This document shows positions 26,221 through 34,273 of a stretch of 64,000 nucleotides of DNA, in pieces. The translations under genes and the position numbers were made by a program. Origin of the DNA: Spirochaetaceae bacterium (GTDB taxonomy: Bacteria; Spirochaetota; Spirochaetia; DSM-27196; SKKC01); contig JBKHAN010000001.1 of assembly GCA_046542845.1 (NCBI GenBank), positions 3,267-67,266 on the forward strand, in the 5' to 3' direction. Positions within the stretch are counted from its first letter, which is position 1, and every line of letters starts with the position of its first letter. The notes under the pieces were generated by a model. It was not told the origin of the DNA and made no database searches. It was given only the letters and a program-made list of their open reading frames with translations.

Positions 26221-26252
26221 AGCGAGAGAGAAGCCAAGGCTTCTCTCTCGCT
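26221..26252 (-). other. perfect 15-bp stem-loop immediately downstream of the SBP gene
   Basis: AGCGAGAGAGAAGCC-aa-GGCTTCTCTCTCGCT with no T-run. Probably an intercistronic mRNA-stabilising or partial termination element. Confidence 0.5.
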
Positions 26253-26265
26253 TATTGAAACAGTC

Positions 26266-27558
26266 TTACAGGTTGTCCATGAGAGCACGAAATGCAGACT
26301 GAACTTCCGAATAGGCAGCTTCTGCATTCTCAGGTCGAACCGAAGCCCAGGACAACAATCCGTTTTCCCAGGTCGACCATACCTGCCCCCATTCTGTGAA
26401 GAGCGGACGGGTCGGAGCCTCCTCGTAGGATTCAATTACGGCAGATATAACGGTTTTGTCGGCATCGCTCAGATCCGAGTTCAGGTAGACGGATGCCGGA
26501 ACATTTTCCATGATCTTTCCGGTATCGGTGAAGAATTCAACCGCGTACTCGGTGTTCAGCAGTTCTTCGATAAACGCGACAGCCAGATCAAACTGAGCAC
26601 CGGTCCCTTCGAGGCGAGCATTCACGCCTATGCCCCAGCCACCTCTCCAGTGGAGCAAGGGATTGCCGTTAAGGGTAACCTGGTTAATCGGCAGGATAGC
26701 AATGTTGTCTGTGCCTGCACGTTCTGTGAGAGCACCGGTCGACCACGGCCCCTCCAGTCGAAGCGCTGTCGCGCCACCCGGCTCAAATTCGCTGTCCATG
26801 TAGCCCCACGCCGAACTCGCGTCCCATAGTGGAGTCCCTGCAGCTTCGTGTGCCTCCCAGTACTCGTACAGGACGGTGAATGCATCGCGCTTCTCGGCAG
26901 GAAGGTCAGCCCAGTCGGCCGTCAGATCGGACGCAAACCCTGAGCCGTCCTGTTCAAGAAATTCGATATCTGCCGAGTTTGTTAACGCCACACCGAACCA
27001 TGCGTTGAACACGGGCACCAGCATCGCATCATACGCAATATTGGAAAATTCTATGGTGGAAGCGATGTCTATGCCGGCAGCGTCGGCGTTCTCGGTGTTG
27101 ACGAAGTTTATGAGCGTTTCGATGTTCATCGGGAAGGCGAAATAATCGCCATCGATATTGAACGCTCCACCCAACCCCGCATCATAGTCGGCAAACCCGC
27201 CGACCCGTTCTGCCATTGCAGGGCCGTCGATCGGCGCCAGCGCATCGTTGTTCACAAGACCGTAGATACGGTCAGCCGGCAGTGCAAAGACGTCGGCAAC
27301 ATCGGAGTTACCCGCACCGGTCGAATCGAGAACATCGAGCATGTCAAACGATCCCGACTCGATAATCTCGATCTCTGCACCCGGGTTTGCTTCCTGCACG
27401 CGAGCTGCAGCAGCTTCGTAATACGGAATCCAGTCAGTCTCTGCCTGCACAGTAATGCGCGCATCCATTTCCGCTACTTCATCTTCACCACATGCGGTGA
27501 GAAAAACGAGCGAAAAGGCAGCCGCGAGTATCAGTGCCAGGCGTATTATACGATTCAT
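26266..27558 (-). CDS. maltose/maltodextrin-binding lipoprotein (MalE-like SBP)
   Basis: Lipoprotein signal MNRIIRLALILAAAFSLVFLTAC. SBP family 1 size. First gene of the operon. Confidence 0.8.
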   Translation of the reverse strand: MNRIIRLALILAAAFSLVFLTACGEDEVAEMDARITVQAETDWIPYYEAAAARVQEANPGAEIEIIESGSFDMLDVLDSTGAGNSDVADVFALPADRIYGLVNNDALAPIDGPAMAERVGGFADYDAGLGGAFNIDGDYFAFPMNIETLINFVNTENADAAGIDIASTIEFSNIAYDAMLVPVFNAWFGVALTNSADIEFLEQDGSGFASDLTADWADLPAEKRDAFTVLYEYWEAHEAAGTPLWDASSAWGYMDSEFEPGGATALRLEGPWSTGALTERAGTDNIAILPINQVTLNGNPLLHWRGGWGIGVNARLEGTGAQFDLAVAFIEELLNTEYAVEFFTDTGKIMENVPASVYLNSDLSDADKTVISAVIESYEEAPTRPLFTEWGQVWSTWENGLLSWASVRPENAEAAYSEVQSAFRALMDNL

Positions 27559-27603
27559 ATGCCTACCTCCTTGGTAGCAAATACAATTGGGTGTATCGAC
27601 ATG

Positions 27604-27636
27604 CCGTAAAACCGGTTTGCTAAACCGGTTTTACGG
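27604..27636. promoter_or_regulatory. 33-bp perfect palindromic LacI-type operator
   Basis: CCGTAAAACCGGTTT-GCT-AAACCGGTTTTACGG, with 15-bp perfect arms. It contains two self-palindromic AAACCGGTTT decamers. Confidence 0.65.
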
Positions 27637-27648
27637 ACATCTCAGGCC

Positions 27649-27677
27649 AGATTATGACCACTATATGTATCTGTCAA
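27649..27677 (-). promoter_or_regulatory. sigma70-like promoter of the malE-like operon
   Basis: Minus strand reads TTGACA (27677..27672), a 17-nt spacer, then TAATCT (27654..27649). Its layout matches the lacI promoter at 19681..19709. Confidence 0.55.
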
Positions 27678-27888
27678 CGATTAAATATTGTGCACGGCAA
27701 CATTTTTTCGATTTTGCCTGAAAGGCGGCTCGCGTTCAGACCGGCGGAATAAGCCGGAGCGACCTGTCCGGTGTTGCAGAGACGTTGCCCATGTGAAGAG
27801 CCCGGGGGGTGACGGCGCTCTACCTGAACCCGATTTTCCGGTTGGCGTCGGAACATGCGCTTATCCGGAGTCGACGTGTGGCGGGACT

Positions 27889-29739
27889 TCACGGTATACG
27901 GGTGGCCTCTTCCCGTATACCTTCGAGCTCCTGCCAGCGCTCGTACAAAGCGTCGGTATCATTCTCGAGCGTCGCAAGCCGTGCGCTCAGACGCTGAACG
28001 GCTTCGCCGTTGTCCTCTCGGTACAGCGCAGGGCTTGCAAGCTTCTCGTGAATCTGCCGTATCTCGGCTTCAAAGACCGCGATGCGTTCGGGAAGACCTT
28101 CCAGTTCCTGCGTTTCACGATAGCTGAGCTTGCGAGCCCGCTGTACCGGTTTTTCGTTTCTGGTCGTCGACCCTGCCTCCCCGGAGCGCGGACAGGTCTT
28201 CGCCTCTACCGCTGCAGCGGCCCGCGATGCACGTCGTTCGCGCCAGTCCGAATAGCCGCCGACGTGTTCGGTAATGGTGGCGGTACCCGTAAAAATGAGA
28301 CACGCGGTAACTACATTGTCCAGAAAGTCACGGTCATGACTTACGAGCAGGATCGTCCCGTCGTATTCGATAAGCAGTTCTTCCAGAAGATCGAGTGTAT
28401 CGACATCCAGATCGTTACTCGGCTCGTCGAGGACGAGCAGATTGGAGGGACGAGCGAAGAGCTTGGCCAGAAGCAGGCGGTTTGTCTCCCCGCCGGACAA
28501 GACTCCTGCCGGTTTCTGCAGGTCGGTCTCGGAAAACAGATAGTCTTTCGCGTAGGCAATGACGTGTCGACTACCGCCACCGACCTGTACCGTGTCGTAC
28601 CCCTCGCCTATGTTATCGAAGACCGTTCGTTCCGGCTCAAGGAGTCCCCGCATCTGGTCAAAATACGCAACCTGCAGATTCGTACCACGATACACCGACC
28701 CGGACTGAGGCTTGAGGTCTCCGAGCAACAGACGCAGGAGGGTCGTCTTTCCGCAGCCGTTTGGACCAACGAGTCCTATGCGGTCGCCGGCCATGACGGT
28801 CGTCGTGAGCCCGGAGACAACCGGCTCGGTATCGTAGGCAAACGACAGATCGTTCGTCTCAAGCACGAGGTCACCGCTTCGCGAGCCGTTGCCGGCCTGA
28901 AAACGAACGAGCGCCGATTCTTCTCGCCGCGTGCGGTAGGCTTCGCGCATCTCCTCCAGCCGCTTCACCCGGCCTTCGTTCCGCCTCCGTCGAGCCTTGA
29001 TGCCCTTTCTGAGCCACGCTTCTTCCTCAGCCAGCTTGCGATCGAACTCCCGGTTCAGAGCGCGCTCCTGCTCGAGCATGGCCTCACGACGCGCCTGAAA
29101 CTCGTCTATCCCGCACTCGGCGGTGTGGAGTACACCCCGATCGAGTTCGGCAACACGTGTTGTGATCGATCGGGCGAACGCCCGGTCGTGCGTAACAACG
29201 ATAATCGCGGTGCGGTCGCGGTTCGAGCATCGCTTCAGGTACTCCTCAAGCCAGAGCACCGTATCGATATCGAGGTGATTAGTGGGTTCGTCGAGTAAGA
29301 GCACGTCCGCCCGCGAGGCGAGCACCCGGGCAAGCATGACGCGTCGGCGAACGCCACCGGAAGCGGACGACAGATCGGTCTCGAAGGGTACTCCGAGCCT
29401 GGTCAGCGATTCTTCGGCTGCCTGGAGGCGAAGCGCATTCAGCTCCGGATCCGCCGGAGTGTCACCCTCCATCCACGAGGCGTAGGCGAGCGCCGTCCCG
29501 TTCATGCGTGAGTCGAACTCCTGCGCCAGAAAAGAGACGCCGGCGCCCGTTTCCACGGTCACCGTGCCGCGATCGGGAACGAGGGAACCTGCAGCAAGTT
29601 TGAGAAGGGTCGACTTTCCGGTACCATTTCGACCGGTCAGACTCAATCGGTCGCCCGGATGAAGGTGCAGCGATACTCCGGACAAAAGGGGGCTCGAGCC
29701 AATCGAGTAGTCAACGTTATGAAGGGAAAGTACTGCCAC
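27889..29739 (-). CDS. uup: ABC-F family ATPase (Uup-like)
   Basis: Two ABC cassettes (GRNGTGKSTLLK and GPNGCGKTTLLR) and no TM domain. Charged linker and a C-terminal coiled-coil tail. Confidence 0.85.
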   Translation of the reverse strand: MAVLSLHNVDYSIGSSPLLSGVSLHLHPGDRLSLTGRNGTGKSTLLKLAAGSLVPDRGTVTVETGAGVSFLAQEFDSRMNGTALAYASWMEGDTPADPELNALRLQAAEESLTRLGVPFETDLSSASGGVRRRVMLARVLASRADVLLLDEPTNHLDIDTVLWLEEYLKRCSNRDRTAIIVVTHDRAFARSITTRVAELDRGVLHTAECGIDEFQARREAMLEQERALNREFDRKLAEEEAWLRKGIKARRRRNEGRVKRLEEMREAYRTRREESALVRFQAGNGSRSGDLVLETNDLSFAYDTEPVVSGLTTTVMAGDRIGLVGPNGCGKTTLLRLLLGDLKPQSGSVYRGTNLQVAYFDQMRGLLEPERTVFDNIGEGYDTVQVGGGSRHVIAYAKDYLFSETDLQKPAGVLSGGETNRLLLAKLFARPSNLLVLDEPSNDLDVDTLDLLEELLIEYDGTILLVSHDRDFLDNVVTACLIFTGTATITEHVGGYSDWRERRASRAAAAVEAKTCPRSGEAGSTTRNEKPVQRARKLSYRETQELEGLPERIAVFEAEIRQIHEKLASPALYREDNGEAVQRLSARLATLENDTDALYERWQELEGIREEATRIP

Positions 29740-29807
29740 GCCGGCAGCCTATCATACAACCGAGGCGTGTGTGGACGTTTGCGTTCGGAGCGGTATATCG
29801 TGCCGGT

Positions 29808-30626
29808 ATGAAACTGCATCTTCTGGGCTCGGGCTCAGCTGAGGGCTGGCCGGCTCCATTCTGCGACTGTGCCGCGTGCACCCGATCGCGAGAGGCAGGC
29901 GGGCGAAACATCCGCACGCGAAGCAACGCGATTATCGACTCTGATCTGAAAATAGACTGGAGCGCCGACACGCTCATGCAGTTACAGCGTGATGGTGTCA
30001 GCCTCAGCGGCCTTCGGACCATCCTGTTTACGCACGAGCACGCCGATCACGTCGTGCCAAGTGAGCTTGCCTGGATGATGCCGCCATTCTCGCAGACTCC
30101 ACCCCGGGCTCCAGTATCCGTATACGCGAACGACGTCGTCTGCGCGCTGCTCCGGGATGCAGCAGGTGGCGAGCTCCCGGAAGAGATGGAACTGCACGAG
30201 CTTCAACCATTTACGACCGTGCGTATCGATGCGGCAACGCTCCTGACCCCGCTTCCGGCCAATCACACCGAGAAAGCGCTCGTGTTTCGCATCGAACGGA
30301 GCGGGACGGTGTTGTTCTACGGTCACGACTCCGGGATATATCCGGAAGCCACAATCGAGGCCCTGTCTGCGGGACGGTCCCTTGATGTGGCCCTGTTTGA
30401 CTGTAATAATGGACCGGGGCCGTCGTCCAATACGGGACATATGGACATCGCGGGAATGACGGAGGTTGTCGAGCGGCTACGTCGCCGGGAGGTTATTCAC
30501 TCCCGCAGCAGGATCGTTGCAACCCACTTCTCGCACAATTGTGGGGCGCTGCACCATGAGCTGGAGGCCTTACTGACACCGTCGGGAATTGAAGCCGCAT
30601 ACGACGGGATGACCATCGTTGCGTGA
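29808..30626 (+). CDS. MBL-fold metallo-hydrolase, PhnP-like
   Basis: MKLHLLGSGSAEGWPAPFCDCAACTRSRE resembles the PhnP N-terminal Cys cluster. HxHxDH motif FTHEHADH. The track start at 29769 is an upstream GTG. Confidence 0.65.
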   Translation: MKLHLLGSGSAEGWPAPFCDCAACTRSREAGGRNIRTRSNAIIDSDLKIDWSADTLMQLQRDGVSLSGLRTILFTHEHADHVVPSELAWMMPPFSQTPPRAPVSVYANDVVCALLRDAAGGELPEEMELHELQPFTTVRIDAATLLTPLPANHTEKALVFRIERSGTVLFYGHDSGIYPEATIEALSAGRSLDVALFDCNNGPGPSSNTGHMDIAGMTEVVERLRRREVIHSRSRIVATHFSHNCGALHHELEALLTPSGIEAAYDGMTIVA

Positions 30627-30696
30627 CCGCCCCGTCGACATGTGGTCAGATTTGTGGTGTTTGACGAAAAAACGCGAACCGGTGTATCACTGCGTC

Positions 30697-30725
30697 TTGA
30701 CGTTCGCATGAGCCAACTTTATTAT
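30697..30725 (+). promoter_or_regulatory. sigma70-like promoter
   Basis: TTGACG, a 17-nt spacer, then TATTAT. It lies about 50 nt upstream of the lipoprotein ATG, which is preceded by AAAGGAGA. Confidence 0.55.
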
Positions 30726-30775
30726 GACCTACATCACATATACGTGAATCTGGTAACAGAAAAGGAGATTTTTGT

Positions 30776-31567
30776 ATGAGAAAAGCATTGCTAGTCGCAA
30801 TAACGTTTGCGCTCGTACTTGCCGGGTGTGACAATGGTAGCACCGAGGCTGCCGGTCCCGAATTCGCGCCGGATCAGACCGCTGAAGCGTACATATACAT
30901 TCACGGCGGATACGTCGGGCAGGCGATCGCGAGCACCAATTCCGACGGCGAGATCAGCGTAGAGCTCGACGAGGCGTTTCTCCCCCACACCCTCGCGGCC
31001 GTAGATCTTGAAGAAGACGAGTGGAATGAAGATAACACTGTGTCGTACGTCGTTCGCGGGAGCGAAAATTTCGTTGCGAAGTACATCGAGTACAACGGCA
31101 CGAATTACGTTGGAACGACCGTCGGAACGTCGGTCACTTACGTCGAAGCAGACGAAGACGGCGAACCTGCCGGTCAGCAGGATCTTGAGCTCCTGATCAT
31201 TCGCGACCAGGGTTCGATGGCCGAGTATTTCGACGTTATTCAGGACGAAGGATTCGGCATTATGACCGAGTTTGGCGGTAGCGTAGAACCTGTGACGACA
31301 ACAAGCTATGGACAGGTCACCAAGCGCGGTTCAAGCTACTGGAACTTTGGTCTCGGATGGCAGGGCAATATCGACGCGATCGAATCGTTTATCGCCGAAA
31401 ACGGCTTCAACTATAATCTCGATGACGTATCTCGCGCAGAGGAACCGAATGACGAGGACCTGCGACCATGGTCGGTTGCGGACACCGTTACCGGTGCAAC
31501 GCTTTCGGACTTCACCGACTATTTTGCACTCGCGCAGATGGCTCTCGCGCAGCTTGAGCGGAACTAA
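30776..31567 (+). CDS. acidic lipoprotein with a C-terminal FMN-binding (flavinylation) type motif
   Basis: Lipobox LVLAGC. C-terminal VADTVTGATLSDFTDYFALAQMALAQL fits D-x-x-[ST]-G-A-[ST] and the end of FMN_bind domains. Confidence 0.5.
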   Translation: MRKALLVAITFALVLAGCDNGSTEAAGPEFAPDQTAEAYIYIHGGYVGQAIASTNSDGEISVELDEAFLPHTLAAVDLEEDEWNEDNTVSYVVRGSENFVAKYIEYNGTNYVGTTVGTSVTYVEADEDGEPAGQQDLELLIIRDQGSMAEYFDVIQDEGFGIMTEFGGSVEPVTTTSYGQVTKRGSSYWNFGLGWQGNIDAIESFIAENGFNYNLDDVSRAEEPNDEDLRPWSVADTVTGATLSDFTDYFALAQMALAQLERN

Positions 31568-31600
31568 ATACGGCCTGACCGGAACAATCGGTCACGCAGG

Positions 31601-31637
31601 AGCGTACGGCGAATTATCGCCGTACGCTTTTTTTTTG
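31601..31637 (+). terminator. intrinsic terminator
   Basis: AGCGTACGGCGA-atta-TCGCCGTACGCT followed by T9. It sits between convergent genes. Confidence 0.85.
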
Positions 31638-31638
31638 C

Positions 31639-32109
31639 TCAGTTGCGAATGAGGGCCTGAATCCCGGGGGGTGCGTCCTCGACGAGAATCAGAACAGCAG
31701 GCCACGTCAATGCCTGCGTGACCATCGCGTCGGGGGGTGGACTCAACTCGCGGATATGGATGGTTATGAACTCGGATCCGCGCTCGATATCTGCGATTTC
31801 CAGACCGTAGCCGCCTGTCCGGCGACGCCCGAGAAACGCAGCTACGACAACCTGCCTGTCGAAATCGACGTTCGCGAGCGAAGATCCGCGACGCAGGAGA
31901 TCGGTTCGGTCCATTTCTCTGAGTACTGCCTCAAGCTCTTCCGGTGTCCGTATTGTCTGCGCACCGGGACTCGGTCGCTCAAGGGTCCCCTCGGCGACAA
32001 TCCGAACGCCGTTCACCTCCTCCTCTTCGCTCATCTCCGAAGAAGGAGCCCCTGAAGTCGAACAGGCGACCATTACGCCGAGTACAAGTAAAAAAACCGA
32101 TGATTTCAT
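31639..32109 (-). CDS. PrcB-family (PrcB_C domain) lipoprotein
   Basis: MKSSVFLLVLGVMVAC signal. VVVAAFLGRRRTGGYGLEI ... DAMVTQALTWPAVLILV matches the PrcB C-terminal domain pattern. The track start at 32178 is over-extended. Confidence 0.55.
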   Translation of the reverse strand: MKSSVFLLVLGVMVACSTSGAPSSEMSEEEEVNGVRIVAEGTLERPSPGAQTIRTPEELEAVLREMDRTDLLRRGSSLANVDFDRQVVVAAFLGRRRTGGYGLEIADIERGSEFITIHIRELSPPPDAMVTQALTWPAVLILVEDAPPGIQALIRN

Positions 32110-32213
32110 GAGAAAGAGCATTAGCGCAGCGCGGCGGGGAAATCCAGCTGCCACACAGGGCGTCGTATCCGCGCGCACTTGACGGGGGTCGTGTATCGTT
32201 CAATAGTATGTAA

Positions 32214-32231
32214 GTACTATATCTATAGTAC
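32214..32231. promoter_or_regulatory. perfect 8-2-8 palindrome, candidate operator of the ABC-2 exporter operon
   Basis: GTACTATA-TC-TATAGTAC ends 13 nt before the ATG at 32244. A TTGACG hexamer lies at 32179. Confidence 0.45.
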
Positions 32232-32243
32232 ATCGAGAGTACC

Positions 32244-33119
32244 ATGAAAGAACAGAATGGAGTCGAAGCGCTGCGGGTACACGACATCGCGTATTCCTAC
32301 GGTAATACGAAGGCAGTCCGGGGGATCTCATTCTCGGTGGCACGGGGTGAGGTATTCGGTTTTCTCGGTCCGAACGGTGCAGGCAAGTCTACGACCATAA
32401 AAATGCTCACCGGGCAGCTTGTTCCACAGAACGGAAGCATTCACATTCTCGGAACGCCGGTGCGCGGTCATTCAGCTGAGGTGCATCAGAAGATCGGGGT
32501 CTGTTTCGAGGAAAAAAATCTGTATCTGCACATGTCCGCAGAAGAAAACCTGAAGTTCTTTGCATCGTTGTTCGGAATCCGGAAACCGGATGTGGAAGGC
32601 CTGCTTGAGCGGGTTAACCTTTCCTCCCGCGGGCGGGACCGGGTCAGCACGTATTCGAAAGGAATGCGGCAACGCCTCATGATTGCGCGTGCCCTGATCA
32701 ACGACCCCGCTGTACTCTTTCTCGACGAACCGACAGACGGACTCGACCCGGTGTCGGCCCGCGAAATCAGGGCAATTATTCGCGAGCGTGCAGAACAGGG
32801 AACGGCTGTCATCCTGACCACTCACGACATGCACGAGGCGGACACTCTTTCCGACCGTGTTGCTTTCATTACCGAAGGCACGCTGCACGCGATCGATACA
32901 CCGGAGAATCTGAAACTCATGTACGGTTCACGCAGCGTGACGGTGCGCCGAAGAAACGACGACTCGAGCATCGAGGAGATACAGCTCGCCCTGGACACCG
33001 ACACGACAGCGTCTCAACTGGCACAGACGCTATCGTCGGGGTCGGTTCTTACCATACACACTGAAGAAGCAAGCCTCGAAGATATCTTTGTCGAAGTCAC
33101 CGGACGAGGACTCAGGTAA
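32244..33119 (+). CDS. ABC transporter ATP-binding protein (ABC-2/DrrA type)
   Basis: Walker A GPNGAGKSTT, signature variant YSKGMRQRLMIARAL, Walker B VLFLDEPTDGLD. Confidence 0.9.
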   Translation: MKEQNGVEALRVHDIAYSYGNTKAVRGISFSVARGEVFGFLGPNGAGKSTTIKMLTGQLVPQNGSIHILGTPVRGHSAEVHQKIGVCFEEKNLYLHMSAEENLKFFASLFGIRKPDVEGLLERVNLSSRGRDRVSTYSKGMRQRLMIARALINDPAVLFLDEPTDGLDPVSAREIRAIIRERAEQGTAVILTTHDMHEADTLSDRVAFITEGTLHAIDTPENLKLMYGSRSVTVRRRNDDSSIEEIQLALDTDTTASQLAQTLSSGSVLTIHTEEASLEDIFVEVTGRGLR

Positions 33120-34273
33120 TGAGACTCATTCTGACGATTCTCCGCAAGGACCTCATTGAGTTCTCGCGCGAAAAGGTCTACCTCGTCCTTTCTATTGTCG
33201 GTCTCGTGATGTTCGTGGCTGTTTTCTGGATCATGCCGGAAACTGCAGGCGAACAGACGACCATCGGAATCTATGCGGGAGAGAATCCGGAACTGATACA
33301 AGCGCTCGATCAGGTTGACCGCGACGACGGCCTCGAAATCATCCGATTCACCAGGGCCGATGATCTTCAACACGTGATAGCGGGAGACCTCGAATCCTGG
33401 GTTCGGGAAGACGGTCGGCTCGTGCTTCGCGATAGGGAGTCGGGCGACGACAGACCAGATCACGCACGGAGAGTCAGGCCGGTCGTTGGCGTTGCATTTC
33501 CGGAATCCTGGAATACGCGGGATCAGGCGACCGCGCTCCTGTACGTTAACAACGATACGCCAACAGAGATTCGCAACGCAATGGAGAGCATGGTGCGCGA
33601 ACTCGCCCTCGCGGTTTCGGGAGCACCGCTTCCGATCTCCCAGCCTCCCGAGGACGAGATTATTCTCGGAACCGACCGGCTCGGAAATCGGATCACCCCG
33701 CGCGAGCGCATAAGACCACTGCTCGCGTATTTTGTTCTCATGATGGAGACCTTCGCACTCGCATCACTCATTGCCGCAGAGATATCACAGCGGACGGTCC
33801 TTGCCGTCATTGCAAGCCCCGCGAAGCTCTCGGACGTCCTCGCCGCCAAGGCCATACACGGCGTTGCGCTTGCGAGTGTGCAGGCACTGATTTTACTCGC
33901 CGCTGTCGGGTCGTTCACCGCGACGAACTGGTTTTCACTCATCGTGGCCGCCGTGCTTGGAGCCGGCATGTTTACCGGAATCGCAATGCTCGTCGGTTCT
34001 GCAGGTCGGGATTTCATAGAAAACCTGTTCCTGACGACCGCTCTGGTCATTCCGCTCGCGATCCCCGCATTCTCGGTACTGTTTCCCGGCATGAGCGCTG
34101 AATGGGTCCGCTTCGTGCCGAGTTACGGAATCATGAACATACTGACAGAGGTCACGAACAATGGGGCGGCGTTCGAAGGTGTCGCCCCGACCATGCTGGC
34201 ATCGCTGGCGTGGGTTGCCGCAATCTTCGGGCTCGGATTGCTCGTTCTGACACGGAAGGTTCGATCTCTATGA
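33119..34273 (+). CDS. ABC-2 type transporter permease
   Basis: TAATG overlap with the ATPase gene. One N-terminal TM, a large extracytoplasmic loop, then a C-terminal cluster of 5 TM segments. Confidence 0.7.
   Translation: MRLILTILRKDLIEFSREKVYLVLSIVGLVMFVAVFWIMPETAGEQTTIGIYAGENPELIQALDQVDRDDGLEIIRFTRADDLQHVIAGDLESWVREDGRLVLRDRESGDDRPDHARRVRPVVGVAFPESWNTRDQATALLYVNNDTPTEIRNAMESMVRELALAVSGAPLPISQPPEDEIILGTDRLGNRITPRERIRPLLAYFVLMMETFALASLIAAEISQRTVLAVIASPAKLSDVLAAKAIHGVALASVQALILLAAVGSFTATNWFSLIVAAVLGAGMFTGIAMLVGSAGRDFIENLFLTTALVIPLAIPAFSVLFPGMSAEWVRFVPSYGIMNILTEVTNNGAAFEGVAPTMLASLAWVAAIFGLGLLVLTRKVRSL

Noticed and set aside
27688-29298. 536-aa ORF on the plus strand, the longest unexplained ORF in the track
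   Set aside because: It is entirely antisense to the well-supported Uup ABC-F gene, and its translation is Arg/Pro/Gly-rich with no recognisable motifs. This is a typical shadow ORF of high-GC DNA.
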